Assembly: GCF_036528655.1 (NCBI RefSeq)
Contig: NZ_JAIGND010000006.1
Coordinates: forward strand, 90,820 to 154,819
Length of the DNA stretch: 64,000 nt
Reading direction: 5' to 3'
Source: Chlorobium sp.
GTDB taxonomy: Bacteria; Bacteroidota; Chlorobiia; Chlorobiales; Chlorobiaceae
How positions within the stretch are numbered: position 1 is the stretch's first letter; each line of letters opens with the position of its first letter. A model generated the notes under the pieces. That model did no database searches and was not told the DNA's origin. It saw nothing but the letters and a program-made list of their open reading frames with translations. Both the position numbers and the translations under genes were made by a program. Shown here in pieces: positions 48,193-59,053 of the stretch.

Positions 48193-49020
48193 TCAGGTGA
48201 GAGCCTTGACCCGTCTTTCGAGTTCTTCCGACATCGTCCGGTCGACGAGTTTCACGGTAATCTGTGGCACATCATGCGCGATATCGACATCAAACACCGT
48301 CACTTCGAACCGGTCATCCATCCTGATTAGGGAATAAAGGTCGGTGATACGCTCAACCACGCCAAGAAAACTCAGGGGAAGGAGGCACTTGACGCGGTAT
48401 GGATTGACAAGAAAAATGCCGTATGGCTTTACAGACAGTACCGAACCGGTAAAACGATCACCGGTTGAAGGCAATCCTGTAAAAACATGTGCATCGCCGC
48501 TGTTGAGTTTACCGGTTTCCGACTGAGCGATTTCCGTTTCCAGCAAGGATATATCGTGAAAATCGATGCCGGATGCGCTGTAGAGTTCATGTGCGCTTAT
48601 ACCTCGTGTCGAATAGACGGAAACCTCTTTTCCTTTTTTCTGCAACGCCCGGATCAGGGGCAGAAAATCGCTGTCGCCGCTGAAAAGGATGAACCGCTCA
48701 TACACATTCTCCATGAGCATCGCATCAACGGCAAGTTCGATATCGAGATTGCCTTTCATGATCAGTTCGCCGGTATCCCGATTCACGATTTTCTTGACCG
48801 GTTTGGAGATGATATGCATTCCGTGCGTCGTGAGCACTCGTCCGAATGCGGACTGATCTTCTGAAGACGGCTCCTGCAATGGCACATAATAACGGGCTGA
48901 AACCACATCGAAGCGTTTCATGAAATAACGCATGAACCGGGAAAAATCGATCTGCCATCCAAGATGGCGCTGCGTATAGAAAAGGTTAGCCCCGTCAATG
49001 AAAAGCGCCGCTCGCTGCAT
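48193..49020 (-). CDS. NYN (LabA-like PIN-fold) nuclease domain protein with C-terminal S1/OB-like domain
   Basis: 275 aa. AALFIDGANLFY and LFSGDSDFLPLIRAL are NYN/LabA motifs. The C-terminus GDRFTGSVLSVKPYGIFLVN resembles an S1 RNA-binding fold. Confidence 0.75.
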   Translation of the reverse strand: MQRAALFIDGANLFYTQRHLGWQIDFSRFMRYFMKRFDVVSARYYVPLQEPSSEDQSAFGRVLTTHGMHIISKPVKKIVNRDTGELIMKGNLDIELAVDAMLMENVYERFILFSGDSDFLPLIRALQKKGKEVSVYSTRGISAHELYSASGIDFHDISLLETEIAQSETGKLNSGDAHVFTGLPSTGDRFTGSVLSVKPYGIFLVNPYRVKCLLPLSFLGVVERITDLYSLIRMDDRFEVTVFDVDIAHDVPQITVKLVDRTMSEELERRVKALT

Positions 49021-49125
49021 TCCTGAATGCCCTCTTGTCCTTCGATTTACATATCCCTTAAAAAAAGCTGATTATCTGCAAGAACGCGAAAAGGTTACTA
49101 ACCATTTCCGGTTTCCCTCAGGAGT

Positions 49126-50031
49126 CTATGCCGCCCCCAGAACATACCACCAGAAAAAGAGCGTTATGAACGAGAGAGGAATGCCCAGCGAAACCATAAG
49201 CGAAGCAAGAGGAGGATTGATGCCTCTTGCGGAAGCAATAATGCCTGCCGTAATCATCGGAGGCATCGCAGCCTCGAACAGGGTAACCCGTACAGGGAGA
49301 CCATGGAGGCCGAAAACGCCGGTATAAAGCAATGCAATGATGAAGGGGGCAAGCAGCAGTTTGAAAGAAAGACCAAGAGCAAGCTCTCTGAAGTTTCCCC
49401 GCAGATCTCCCGGCAGAAATTGAAATCCGACAGACAGCAGCGCAACCGGAGCGAGCGTATCGCCAAGCCGCCTCAGCAGTATTTCAAGCCATTCCGGATA
49501 ATCGCAGGAAATGAAGAGCACTGCAGCAACCATGGCAAGAAACGGCGGAAAAGCAACAATTGTTCGGGCGATACCGGCAAAAGAGGATTTCTCTCCCGAG
49601 TAAAGACCTGCAGTAAAAAGGCCGGCGGTCGAGAGCACCATGAAGGAGCCGAGCTGATCGACCGCAATACCGTAAACAAGCGCTTCTTTCCCGTAAAAGG
49701 CCTCTATCATCGGCAGACCGACAAACGAAGTATTGCCAAGTCCTCCGGTCAGAATCAGCGCCCCGATGGTTTGACGGGAAAACCCGAAAAGTTTGCCGGC
49801 CAGAAGAAAGAAGCCTGCGGCTATGCCGAAATGAATCCAGGGCATCGCCGCCATGACAGCAACTTCGGCAGACAGCTCGATATCATGAAAATAAAGCAGG
49901 ATAAGCGCGGGCAGCGACACATGGATAATAAAACCGTTCAGCACCGCAGGAGTTTCTTCAGGCATCCGGCCCATCCGACGGAGCAGCGCTCCTGCGAGAA
50001 AACAGACGCCGAGAAGAACCAGGTTCTGCAC
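49126..50031 (-). CDS. AEC (auxin efflux carrier) family permease
   Basis: About 10 TM helices. The GTG start at 50031 gives (M)QNLVLLGVCFLAGALLRRMG, the usual AEC N-terminus. The ATG at 50157 would overlap the upstream gene by 98 nt. Confidence 0.75.
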   Translation of the reverse strand: MQNLVLLGVCFLAGALLRRMGRMPEETPAVLNGFIIHVSLPALILLYFHDIELSAEVAVMAAMPWIHFGIAAGFFLLAGKLFGFSRQTIGALILTGGLGNTSFVGLPMIEAFYGKEALVYGIAVDQLGSFMVLSTAGLFTAGLYSGEKSSFAGIARTIVAFPPFLAMVAAVLFISCDYPEWLEILLRRLGDTLAPVALLSVGFQFLPGDLRGNFRELALGLSFKLLLAPFIIALLYTGVFGLHGLPVRVTLFEAAMPPMITAGIIASARGINPPLASLMVSLGIPLSFITLFFWWYVLGAA

Positions 50032-50059
50032 GATATGAGAGCATTGATCGTTGAAAAAG

Positions 50060-51088
50060 TCACGAACCGTCGGCAGAAGGAAACGGAAGATGCATGATTT
50101 GCGATACCGCTGCGGCAACTTTATGACCGAGATAACGGATAAATGCGTCCGAATCATTGAGACAGGAAATGGTTCGGATAGAACTGTCTTTCAGAACAGT
50201 ACGAAGTTCACGTTCGCGACCGACGGTTTCATTGCCGTCGGCAAAATAGCCTGCGGCAAAAAGAGCCACATTTCCGGCCCCGCTATCACGCAGCAGCCGC
50301 CCGACATCCTCAAAGGACGGACTGGTCCATGTACCGCCGACATCATGATTGAGAAAAGCCGTCATCACGCGACCATACGGGTGCCTGCCGTCCGCACCGA
50401 TAAGCTTTGCAAGGCTGTCGGCCAGGAAACCGGCTTCATGCAGCCCTGTACGGAATCCGGGAACTTCTCCCCGGGTGTCACGCACAAGCGTCCCGTGATA
50501 GAGCAGAAGAAGCACATTGTCCTCGCTCCGGCTGAGTCCGTGGGCCGCGCTCTCTGTGGAAACATGATCGGCGCAGAGCTCATGCAATGCAGGATCGCAC
50601 CAGAACCGGCTGACAACCTTTATCCTGCCAAGTTCATCCTCCTTGCCCCTCGCAGCGAGATATCCGCAAATCTGACCGCAGGTCAGTTCATTATCGAACG
50701 GAGACATCGACAGGATGATCTGCCCGTCACATCCGCGCGTTGCTTCGATGATCTCCTCGACAGCGGGATCCGATGCCGCATATGCGGCATGCACATCAAA
50801 ATCGTAACCGGATACTCCCGGAAGGGTATCGAGGAAAGCCTGAAGTCGTGCTGCCTGATCTCTTGCAATCCGGTTATGAGGAGAACCGGCGAACATTGCC
50901 GGCTTGAACTGTTTTTTCAGTGACGAAATCATGGAAATGCCGATCTGCAGAAAAGAGGGCATTTCCATGACCGACGCCGCATGCCGGAGAGTCCTGCGGC
51001 TTACACGGTAGTTCTCCAGAAAACCCGAGCTTTCGGCTTCGCCATGAGCAGCCAGAATAACCGCTATTTTTTTTTCGCGACTCAGCAA
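50060..51088 (-). CDS. Ferrochelatase-fold protein (divergent; possibly hemH)
   Basis: 342 aa, colinear with the ferrochelatase layout: IAVILAAHGEAES (N-terminal strand), SMSPF, LLLLYHGTL (catalytic His position), GGTWTSP, GYFADGNETV (acidic ET motif). It departs from the canonical SAHGLP / FQSR.G..WL.P motifs. Confidence 0.6.
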   Translation of the reverse strand: MLSREKKIAVILAAHGEAESSGFLENYRVSRRTLRHAASVMEMPSFLQIGISMISSLKKQFKPAMFAGSPHNRIARDQAARLQAFLDTLPGVSGYDFDVHAAYAASDPAVEEIIEATRGCDGQIILSMSPFDNELTCGQICGYLAARGKEDELGRIKVVSRFWCDPALHELCADHVSTESAAHGLSRSEDNVLLLLYHGTLVRDTRGEVPGFRTGLHEAGFLADSLAKLIGADGRHPYGRVMTAFLNHDVGGTWTSPSFEDVGRLLRDSGAGNVALFAAGYFADGNETVGRERELRTVLKDSSIRTISCLNDSDAFIRYLGHKVAAAVSQIMHLPFPSADGS

Positions 51089-51099
51089 CGGCTTTACGA

Positions 51100-52188
51100 T
51101 TATTGATGAGTCAAACTTTTTTTCTGAACCCTTGCGTCCATTCCGTCCCTGAAACGTTCTTCAGGAACACCGACGACCTGATCGCCTTTCCGCAGGCCAT
51201 CGAGCACCTCGACGAACGCGAGGTCTCCGGCTCCGGTTTTCAACGGTTGCTTCCTGAGCTTTCCGTCTTCGACTTTCCATACATAACTCACATGGTTCTC
51301 CTCGAATACCGAACTTTTCCTGACGAGAAGCGAACCGGCCTTGACGTTATAGACAATGTTTGCCGTAGCGGTCATACCGGCCTGTATACGGGAAACGGGT
51401 GTCAGGAAACGAAGATAAACCCTCGATGTCTTCGTCACGGTGTCGGTCTGGGGCACAACTCGCCAGACTGACGCCTCGTAACGCTTTTCCGGCATGGCAT
51501 CGAGCACGACCATTGCTTTCTGGCCCTTGCGTATACGGGGTACGTCCAACTCGTCAACTTCGACATTGACCGCATAACCCGTCGTGTCGATAACCCGTGC
51601 CACGACACTGCCGGCCGATACATAATCGCCGGCCTTTACACTCTGCAGCGCAAGAACACCTGCAAAAGGCGCCCTGACGGCAACTTTTTTCAGCTCGTCC
51701 TCCTGTATTTTCATGCGCATCCGTTTCTGTTCGAGCAATTCGCCTGCCTGTCGCATATTCTTTTCGGCATCATCGAGATCCTGGCGCGAAACAGCGCCTT
51801 CTGCGTACAGGTTGCGGATTCTCCCGTATCTGAGCTGCCGCTCTGAAAACACAGCCGACTGCTCATCGTAAGCTGCTCTGGACTCGCGAACTGCGAGTTC
51901 CGGCTGCGACGACTCGAAAACGATGATCGGCTGACCTGCCGAAACCCGATCACCCTCTCTTGCACCCACCGACCTGACCGTTCCGGAAAACTCGGCGCTC
52001 AGACTTGCCGCGTTATCAGCTTCAATAAAACCCGTCGCATACACCGCCTGAACCAGTTCGGCGTCGGAAACCGTCACGGCATCGACATCGACGGTATTTC
52101 CGCGAGTGAACAGATAGACAACCGTTACAAGAAAAATCAGTGACAGGGCAATGGAATATTTCGGAAGAATTTTCTGAAGGGTCTGCAT
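51100..52188 (-). CDS. Efflux transporter periplasmic adaptor (HlyD/membrane fusion protein family)
   Basis: 362 aa. N-terminal TM anchor, lipoyl-like hairpin halves, a central coiled coil (AVSRQDLDDAEKNMRQAGELLEQKRMRMKIQEDELKK) and a beta-barrel C-terminus. Confidence 0.85.
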   Translation of the reverse strand: MQTLQKILPKYSIALSLIFLVTVVYLFTRGNTVDVDAVTVSDAELVQAVYATGFIEADNAASLSAEFSGTVRSVGAREGDRVSAGQPIIVFESSQPELAVRESRAAYDEQSAVFSERQLRYGRIRNLYAEGAVSRQDLDDAEKNMRQAGELLEQKRMRMKIQEDELKKVAVRAPFAGVLALQSVKAGDYVSAGSVVARVIDTTGYAVNVEVDELDVPRIRKGQKAMVVLDAMPEKRYEASVWRVVPQTDTVTKTSRVYLRFLTPVSRIQAGMTATANIVYNVKAGSLLVRKSSVFEENHVSYVWKVEDGKLRKQPLKTGAGDLAFVEVLDGLRKGDQVVGVPEERFRDGMDARVQKKSLTHQ

Positions 52189-52354
52189 GATCTCTGGCTT
52201 TAATGATTCAGCTCAGGGAAGTTACGTGTTTTGAACTTTTTCTCCATTCCGACCTTGGTTTTTCCATTATTTTATGAATCTTTAAACACGATTTGTGCCG
52301 CTGTCTGAGCTGCCGGCCATTACTCAGTAAAATAAACTTAACGACAACGAACAA

Positions 52355-52768
52355 ATGAACGAAAACGAAGGTATTGATAAAAGTTTTCTGGAAACTGTCA
52401 AGTTCGATGACAAGGGTCTTGTTCCTGCAATCGTGCAGGATCATGAAACCGGAAAAGTACTGATGATGGCCTGGATGAACCGTGAAAGCCTTGAGATGAC
52501 GCTTGAACGAAAGAAAGGATGCTACTGGAGCAGGAGCCGTCAGAAACTTTGGCTTAAAGGCGAATCCTCCGGAAACATGCAGGATGTTCACGACATACTT
52601 ATCGATTGCGACGGAGACACGCTCCTTCTGAAAGTTTCACAGAAAGGCGGTGCCTGCCATGTCGGATATCACTCCTGCTTCTACAGAAAGGCGAAGGACG
52701 ATCTTTCCATGGAAATCTGCGATACACTCATGTTCGATCCTGAAGAAGTTTACGGTAAAAAAAGCTGA
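52355..52768 (+). CDS. hisI: Phosphoribosyl-AMP cyclohydrolase
   Basis: 137 aa with [39 protein letters not shown] and [11 protein letters not shown]. Confidence 0.93.
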   Translation: MNENEGIDKSFLETVKFDDKGLVPAIVQDHETGKVLMMAWMNRESLEMTLERKKGCYWSRSRQKLWLKGESSGNMQDVHDILIDCDGDTLLLKVSQKGGACHVGYHSCFYRKAKDDLSMEICDTLMFDPEEVYGKKS

Positions 52769-52778
52769 CAGAGTATCA

Positions 52779-53504
52779 ATGAGTCAAACGAAAAAAACGG
52801 CAGAATCGCTGAACAAAACGAAATCGCGCTCCTCGATCCGCAGCATGTTCGATGAGGTAGCGCCTACCTATGATTTTCTGAACCATCTGCTGAGCCTTGG
52901 CATCGACAACTACTGGAGGGCAACGGCAACAGCAAAAGCAAAAAAGCTGCTGGAAGGCATACCATCATCGAAAATTCTCGATGTCGCAACAGGCACCGGC
53001 GACCTTGCGGCGTCCATGGCGAAAATTCCGGGAACGAAAGTCAAAGCTCTCGATCTGTCGCCAGAGATGCTCGCGATTGCACGTAAAAAATATCCCGGCA
53101 TAACATTTCTTGAAGGATATGCCGAAAAGCTTCCGTTCGAAACGGCAAGTTTCGATATCGTCAGCGCAGGTTTCGGCGTCAGAAATTTCGAACATCTCGA
53201 TCTGGGCATGCAGGAATTCTCTCGCGTACTCAAGCCAGGCGGCCATGCCATCATCATCGAACCGATGATTCCCCGGAACCCTCTGATAAAAAAACTCTAT
53301 CTGGTTTACTTCAAGAAGGTGCTGCCGAAAATCGCAGCGCTTTTCAGCAAATCGTCCTTCGCATACGACTATCTTCCCCACTCGGTCGAACAGTTCCCCC
53401 AGGCGGAAGCCTTCGTTGCGGTTCTGAAAAAGAACGGCTTCCGTAATGCCGATTATTTTCCTATGACGTTCGAGACCTCCATTCTTTACGTGGCATGCAA
53501 ATAA
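52779..53504 (+). CDS. ubiE: Demethylmenaquinone / ubiquinone C-methyltransferase
   Basis: Start at [31 protein letters not shown] and [12 protein letters not shown] are UbiE/MenG motifs. Confidence 0.9.
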   Translation: MSQTKKTAESLNKTKSRSSIRSMFDEVAPTYDFLNHLLSLGIDNYWRATATAKAKKLLEGIPSSKILDVATGTGDLAASMAKIPGTKVKALDLSPEMLAIARKKYPGITFLEGYAEKLPFETASFDIVSAGFGVRNFEHLDLGMQEFSRVLKPGGHAIIIEPMIPRNPLIKKLYLVYFKKVLPKIAALFSKSSFAYDYLPHSVEQFPQAEAFVAVLKKNGFRNADYFPMTFETSILYVACK

Positions 53505-53525
53505 CCTTGCCGGTCAGCATGCAGC

Positions 53526-53906
53526 CTATGCCGACCAACGTTCCCTGACAAACGGAATCCTTTTCAGCAGCGGTATCGATCCCAGATAGGCCGCAATCCC
53601 GGCCGCGTCTGCGGCGATATCGCCGAAAGAACATGTCCGGTAGGGAAAAAAGGACTGCGCCACCTCTATTGCTACACCGTAACCAATAAGACAGCCCATC
53701 TTAAGCGCATTGAACGGGGTTTTCTGAAACGCAAAATCAACAAGCAGCGAGAGGCAATAAAATGCAAGAAAATGGAGCACCTTGTCGGAAATAACTTCAG
53801 GCATGGCCGCGTTGACCGGCAGCATCGCCTGCCTGCTGATCAGGATGATGCTGGCCACGAGCAGAATGCGGCCTTCTATGGCAAGAAACCGTTTGATTCG
53901 TTTCAT
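53526..53906 (-). CDS. VanZ-like family membrane protein
   Basis: 126 aa with four TM segments. The SDKVLHFLAFYCL and FGDIAADAAG patterns are typical of VanZ-like proteins. Confidence 0.65.
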   Translation of the reverse strand: MKRIKRFLAIEGRILLVASIILISRQAMLPVNAAMPEVISDKVLHFLAFYCLSLLVDFAFQKTPFNALKMGCLIGYGVAIEVAQSFFPYRTCSFGDIAADAAGIAAYLGSIPLLKRIPFVRERWSA

Positions 53907-53923
53907 TTAAGCGGTGTTATGAC

Positions 53924-54541
53924 CTATGCCTGTAATTCTATCCGGTATTTTGAAAAATTCTTGCATGCATGTTCTTCGGTAAGCCGGTCCTGATGAATTT
54001 TCCTGACAAGCGTGACGACCTGTACGGGATCGTTGACATGAAATATCATATGCATATCGGTTCTCTGGAAGAGACCTTGCGCAAGCACCTCGGTCTCCAG
54101 CCATAAAAGCAGGTTTGACCAGATCCCGCCATACAGAATTATCGGTGTATCGCAGATATGCTCTACCTGTACAAGCTGCCAGGCATAGAACAGTTCAAGC
54201 AGGGTGCCTATACCGCCGGGAGCGACAACGACAGCATCCGATAAAGACATGAAGGTATCGAGCCTCTGGCTGAAACGTGAAAACTCATGCTTGATATCGA
54301 GATAGGCGTTTGCTCCCTGTTCATGAGGAAGCCTGATATTCAGGCCGATTGAGTGAGTGCCCGATAGCGCTGCTTTCGAGCCGGCATTGGCTGCCTGCAT
54401 GAGTCCCGGTCCGCCGCCGGTCACAATATCGAATCCGGCCTCGGCCAATCCCCTGGCAATAGAGAATACATCCTGATAGTCACGGTCGCCCTCACGAATC
54501 CTGGCAGACCCGAAAATAGCCACTTTGTAATGGGGATCCAT
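53924..54541 (-). CDS. LOG family protein (TIGR00730; nucleotide 5'-monophosphate nucleosidase-like)
   Basis: [21 protein letters not shown] and [11 protein letters not shown] motifs. A start at 54541 (MDPHYKV) avoids overlap with ligA; the track ORF starts at 54568. Confidence 0.85.
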   Translation of the reverse strand: MDPHYKVAIFGSARIREGDRDYQDVFSIARGLAEAGFDIVTGGGPGLMQAANAGSKAALSGTHSIGLNIRLPHEQGANAYLDIKHEFSRFSQRLDTFMSLSDAVVVAPGGIGTLLELFYAWQLVQVEHICDTPIILYGGIWSNLLLWLETEVLAQGLFQRTDMHMIFHVNDPVQVVTLVRKIHQDRLTEEHACKNFSKYRIELQA

Positions 54542-54551
54542 ATCTGCAGTA

Positions 54552-56573
54552 TTACAACATTGTTTCAAATTCCTCTTCGCCGATCACCCTGACGCCAAGC
54601 TGACGGGCTTCTTCAAGCTTGCTGCCAGCCTCTTTGCCTGCAACCACCAGACTGGTTTTCCGGCTCACCGAGCCGGTCACCTTACCGCCTCTTGCCCTTA
54701 CAAGCTCCGAAGCCTGGCTGCGTCCATACCGTTCGAGTGCTCCGGTAAAAATAACCGTAAGTCCTTCGAATGTCCGGTTCGCAGGCTCTTCGGGTTCCTC
54801 TTCCCTGAAAGAAAAACCGGCCGCCTGCAGCTTGCGGAGTGTTTCTGTTGCAGAAGGCCTTGCAAAAAAATCGACAATGCTTCGGGCAACCACCGGTCCG
54901 ATATCCGGTACCGATGCAAGCGCAGCTTCATCCGCCCGCTGCAGATCTTCGAACAGAGGGTAAGCTCGAGCCAGCTCCCTGGCTGTCGCCTGGCCGACAT
55001 GCCGGATCCCGAGCGCATAGAGCAACCGGTCGTAGCTCCGTTTGCGACTCTCATCGAGTGCATGGAGAAGATTCAATGCGGATTTTTCCCCCATGCGGTC
55101 AAGCTGTACAACCTGATGCATCTCGAGCGAATAAAGATCGCCTGCATCCCTGACCAGACCGCTGACCACAAGCTGGTCGACCAGCGCACTGCCGAGCGAC
55201 CGTATATCCATGGCATTGCGGGAAGTGAAATGCAGAATCCTTCCCCGTATCTGTGCCGGGCACCCTTGTTCGTTAGGACAGTACCAGCTTACCTCGCCTT
55301 CCGGTTTTACGAGTTGCGTACCGCATGAAGGACAACTTGAAGGCACCTGTATTGGCTCGCTGAAAAGGGTTCGCTTTTCGGGAAGGGCGCGGATTATTTT
55401 AGGAATCACCTCGCCGGACTTCTCTATCACGACACGGTCATGCAGCTGTACGCCGAGCCGTTCGATCTCGTCGAAATTGTGAAGGGTAGAACGCGAAACG
55501 GTGGAACCGGCCAACCTTACGGGCTCGAGTTCCGCAACAGGAGTGATGGTACCGAGCCTTCCCACCTGAAAAACGACGCCAAGCAGTTCGGTTTCGGCCT
55601 GCTGAGCCGGATACTTGTATGCGATGGCCCATCGGGGGCTTTTAGAAGTGGCTCCGATACGGTCCCACAGATGCACGGCATTGAGCTTCAGCACCACGCC
55701 ATCGGTTTCATACGGAAGCTTCCAGCGTTTTTCTGACCACTCGTCAATAAAGCTGTCTATTTCCTTGAGATCGGAACAGAGACGATAGTGACCACCGGTA
55801 AAGAAACCAAGTTTTTCAAGCAGCGAGAGCCTCTCGAAATGCAGTGCGCTCTCATCGGCAATACCTTTGAGGTAATAAGCCACAAAGGTCATGCTCCTGC
55901 GGGCAACCTCGGCAGAATCCTGCAGCTTGAGTGTACCTGCTGTGGCATTGCGGGGGTTGGCAAATCTGTCCTCTTCGGGACGTCCCTCGTTCAATCGTTC
56001 GAAATCATCCTTCCTCATGAAAACCTCGCCCCGTACCTCTATCTCCCGATCATCTCCCTGCAGTCCGGCACAAGAACCGGAATCGAGGCGAAGGGGAATC
56101 GTGCCGATTGTACGAAGATTGACCGTAATATCGTCACCTCGAAGACCGTCTCCACGAGTGGCGCCCTGTACAAACAAGCCATCCCGATAGACAAGGCTGA
56201 CTGCGACACCGTCGAATTTCAGTTCGGCAACCACATCCCGCTCTTCGACTCCCTCCTCCCTGAGCAGTTTCCCCAGCCGGTTGTAAAAATCCATAACCTC
56301 GCCCTGGGAGTAGGTATTGGCAAGACTCAGCATCGGTTCGCGGTGCCGGACAGAAGAAAATTCCTTTGTAATCTGTCCCCCTACACGCTGTGAGGGGCTG
56401 TCCGGCGTGACGAGATCGGGAAACTGACGTTCAAGTTCCAGAAGCCTTTCCAGCAGTCTATCGAACTCGAAATCGGAAATGACCGGATTGGCCTCTACGT
56501 AATAGAGATAGTTGTGACGATCGATCTCTACCCTGAGCCTCTCGATCTCGACGGCGGCTTTTTCTCTTTCCAT
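54552..56573 (-). CDS. ligA: NAD-dependent DNA ligase
   Basis: Start at [26 protein letters not shown]. Adenylation motif [11 protein letters not shown], Zn finger [25 protein letters not shown], HhH region and C-terminal BRCT. Confidence 0.96.
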   Translation of the reverse strand: MEREKAAVEIERLRVEIDRHNYLYYVEANPVISDFEFDRLLERLLELERQFPDLVTPDSPSQRVGGQITKEFSSVRHREPMLSLANTYSQGEVMDFYNRLGKLLREEGVEERDVVAELKFDGVAVSLVYRDGLFVQGATRGDGLRGDDITVNLRTIGTIPLRLDSGSCAGLQGDDREIEVRGEVFMRKDDFERLNEGRPEEDRFANPRNATAGTLKLQDSAEVARRSMTFVAYYLKGIADESALHFERLSLLEKLGFFTGGHYRLCSDLKEIDSFIDEWSEKRWKLPYETDGVVLKLNAVHLWDRIGATSKSPRWAIAYKYPAQQAETELLGVVFQVGRLGTITPVAELEPVRLAGSTVSRSTLHNFDEIERLGVQLHDRVVIEKSGEVIPKIIRALPEKRTLFSEPIQVPSSCPSCGTQLVKPEGEVSWYCPNEQGCPAQIRGRILHFTSRNAMDIRSLGSALVDQLVVSGLVRDAGDLYSLEMHQVVQLDRMGEKSALNLLHALDESRKRSYDRLLYALGIRHVGQATARELARAYPLFEDLQRADEAALASVPDIGPVVARSIVDFFARPSATETLRKLQAAGFSFREEEPEEPANRTFEGLTVIFTGALERYGRSQASELVRARGGKVTGSVSRKTSLVVAGKEAGSKLEEARQLGVRVIGEEEFETML

Positions 56574-56587
56574 CTTCCGCTCTCCTG

Positions 56588-58129
56588 TCATTTCGTCGAT
56601 GAAAATGCCCATCCCGCAATATTTTTAAGAAAGCCCGCAGAACCCTGTACACCAAGCTTCTGCCAGGTTGCCAGAAGAATTTTCGGATAACGCATCGCGA
56701 CCCGCATCATAACCGTCATCAGTTCGTCAAGGCGAAGTTCATCGCGGAACATCGCCTCCCGGTAACGGGGAGGAAGCTGATCGAGAACGATCATCACCTC
56801 GTTCATCATTTCGTTGACGAAATTCGGTTCATCGGTCCCGGGATTGAAGCACATATACTTCATGAGATTGGCCATCGATGCGACATTCGGTTCGTAGGCG
56901 CTCACTTCGGCAAGATCGTCTTTTCCAAGAGAATCCTCCCGCAAAGCCTTGTCAAGCCCCTCAGTCAGCCGCTGCATGTTCCGCACCATCGAACCGAAAC
57001 CACAGAAGGTCAGCGGAGAGGCAAGCGAAGCGGAATCGCCCAGCAGGACGATATGGTCGTCGGCGATCACCCTTGTCCGGTTGAAGCCGTCATGAAAATA
57101 AGCCGGTATGATGCCGTAGACCGGGCGATGAAAGACGAACGATTTTCCGGGACGCTTGTACTCCGGAAGTATGCGAAAATAGGTTTCGAAAAGGCCGAGC
57201 AACGACTTGTCATTGGGCGAATCGACTTCATCATAAAAAAACAGGTAGGTGATATACTCCTCTCCCCTGGCGGGAAAACCTTCCCATATCAACTGGCGGC
57301 ACCGGCCCTCGGCAGTTTCTGCAGGACCGGTACTGGCGAGAATCTCGCCGGTATCGAAATCAGCATTATCGAAACCGCTGGCAATGGTACCCACTGTCGG
57401 ACAGACATGGGTCTGAGGACGGCCTTCATTGAGCTGTCGGGCAACCGGAGAGAGAACGCCCATGACATCGACCAGAACTTTGGCTTTGTAGTAGAATCTC
57501 CTGCCCTGACTGTCTTCGACTTCAACCACCACGTGACCGGGAAAGCGATAACAGCCGAGAAAGGTCGTGCCGTCAAGCACGCTGTTACGAACGCCCGACA
57601 GCACCTTCTCTCTGGACATGCAAAGCAGGCGGTCGGCATCCACAGCGCAGTCGAGCACATTCTGCATATAGAGCCGTTTCTGGCTTCCATCCGGCTGGAA
57701 AAACTCCACCCACCCGGTTTTGTATTTCCGTACGATTACCGAATCGAGTTCGGTGCCCGTGTAGACCCCGGTTTCGGCAAGCCGCTGCAATTCGTTGCGT
57801 GAAATATTCCAGTCCCTTGTAGAGCGCGCCGCGATATGCCGGTCGAACACAAGCACCTTTCGTCCATACCGTTTGGCCATCACCGCGGCATGCAGCAGGC
57901 CCAGCGTGCCTCCGGCATAGACAAGATCGTACTCCCCGCTCAATACCGCCTCCGGAGGCAATTCGGATCCGGGCTTGATGACCGGATGGGCAGTATCCGG
58001 AGGCATCTCCCAGTACCGATCGAGTTCCATGATACGCTGCAGATGACGCTCGCCGTCTGCAAGCCCCCTGAAAACCTTGCAGACATTGGGGTGGGAGCTC
58101 TCGATACGTTCGAATACAGAAGAAGACAT
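56588..58129 (-). CDS. cruA: FAD-dependent oxidoreductase, probable CruA/CruP-type lycopene cyclase family
   Basis: 513 aa. The dinucleotide fold [30 protein letters not shown] comes after a ~65-aa N-terminal region. Size and layout fit the CruA family known from green sulfur bacteria. The assignment rests on family recollection, not a diagnostic motif. Confidence 0.5.
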   Translation of the reverse strand: MSSSVFERIESSHPNVCKVFRGLADGERHLQRIMELDRYWEMPPDTAHPVIKPGSELPPEAVLSGEYDLVYAGGTLGLLHAAVMAKRYGRKVLVFDRHIAARSTRDWNISRNELQRLAETGVYTGTELDSVIVRKYKTGWVEFFQPDGSQKRLYMQNVLDCAVDADRLLCMSREKVLSGVRNSVLDGTTFLGCYRFPGHVVVEVEDSQGRRFYYKAKVLVDVMGVLSPVARQLNEGRPQTHVCPTVGTIASGFDNADFDTGEILASTGPAETAEGRCRQLIWEGFPARGEEYITYLFFYDEVDSPNDKSLLGLFETYFRILPEYKRPGKSFVFHRPVYGIIPAYFHDGFNRTRVIADDHIVLLGDSASLASPLTFCGFGSMVRNMQRLTEGLDKALREDSLGKDDLAEVSAYEPNVASMANLMKYMCFNPGTDEPNFVNEMMNEVMIVLDQLPPRYREAMFRDELRLDELMTVMMRVAMRYPKILLATWQKLGVQGSAGFLKNIAGWAFSSTK

Positions 58130-58155
58130 GGCAAAATTGTTAGATTACTGACGAA

Positions 58156-58872
58156 TTATACGCAAAGCGCCCGGTCCTTCAGCAGGCGGTCGCTCTCGAT
58201 CATGCCGTCAACCAGATGAATTCTTCGCCCGGCCCTGTTGGCGAACTCCTCGTCATGCGTCACCACGATCACGGTCTGATTCAGCTCCCTGTTCAGCCTG
58301 TCAAACAGATCGTAAACGTTGCGAGCGGATTTCGAATCGAGGTTGCCTGTCGGTTCGTCGCCAAGCAGTACCTTCGGCTCGTTTGCCAGCGCCCGGGCAA
58401 TGGCCACGCGCTGCTGCTGTCCGCCTGAAAGCTGGCTCGGTTTGTTGGTGTTCTTGTTTTCCAGACCGACCGTATCGAGCAGCATTCTGGCACGATCGCG
58501 GATCTGCGGTTTCGTCAGGCGTCCCCCGATCATCATCGGCATACTGACGTTCTCCAGGGCATTGAACTCCGGCAGGAGAAAATGGAACTGGTAGATGAAC
58601 CCGATCTTTTCGTTGCGTATGCGGGTCATCTCTTTTTCGTTTTTTTCCGTGATCTCCTCTCCGTCGAGCCATACCTTGCCATAGGTCGGCTTGTCGAGTC
58701 CGCCCATGATATAAAGCAGGGTAGACTTTCCGGAGCCGGAAGGTCCGGTGATGGCCACAAACTCGCCGGCCATGATTTCCATGGAGAGATTCGGAATGAT
58801 AGTCTGGCGCACATCGCGCGAAAGTTCGAGTTCCCTGCGGATATTTTCAAGCCTGAGAATTTCTGTTGGCAT
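58156..58872 (-). CDS. lolD: ABC transporter ATP-binding protein, LolD/MacB-ATPase type
   Basis: 238 aa. Walker [12 protein letters not shown], signature [15 protein letters not shown], Walker [12 protein letters not shown]. Confidence 0.85.
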   Translation of the reverse strand: MPTEILRLENIRRELELSRDVRQTIIPNLSMEIMAGEFVAITGPSGSGKSTLLYIMGGLDKPTYGKVWLDGEEITEKNEKEMTRIRNEKIGFIYQFHFLLPEFNALENVSMPMMIGGRLTKPQIRDRARMLLDTVGLENKNTNKPSQLSGGQQQRVAIARALANEPKVLLGDEPTGNLDSKSARNVYDLFDRLNRELNQTVIVVTHDEEFANRAGRRIHLVDGMIESDRLLKDRALCV

Positions 58873-59053
58873 CGCCGGATCGATTCGTCGATTGTTTCAT
58901 GAATCATGCACACCCTGCAAGTATACTAAAAAAGCGCCCAAAGAGGGAGTTGAAAACCCCTGGCCATTGATAAATGGTTTCAACCAAGAACTTAATAACA
59001 AGGTTCGATATTGTATATGATCGACATGAAACCGACCGCAACATCCTCTTGCC

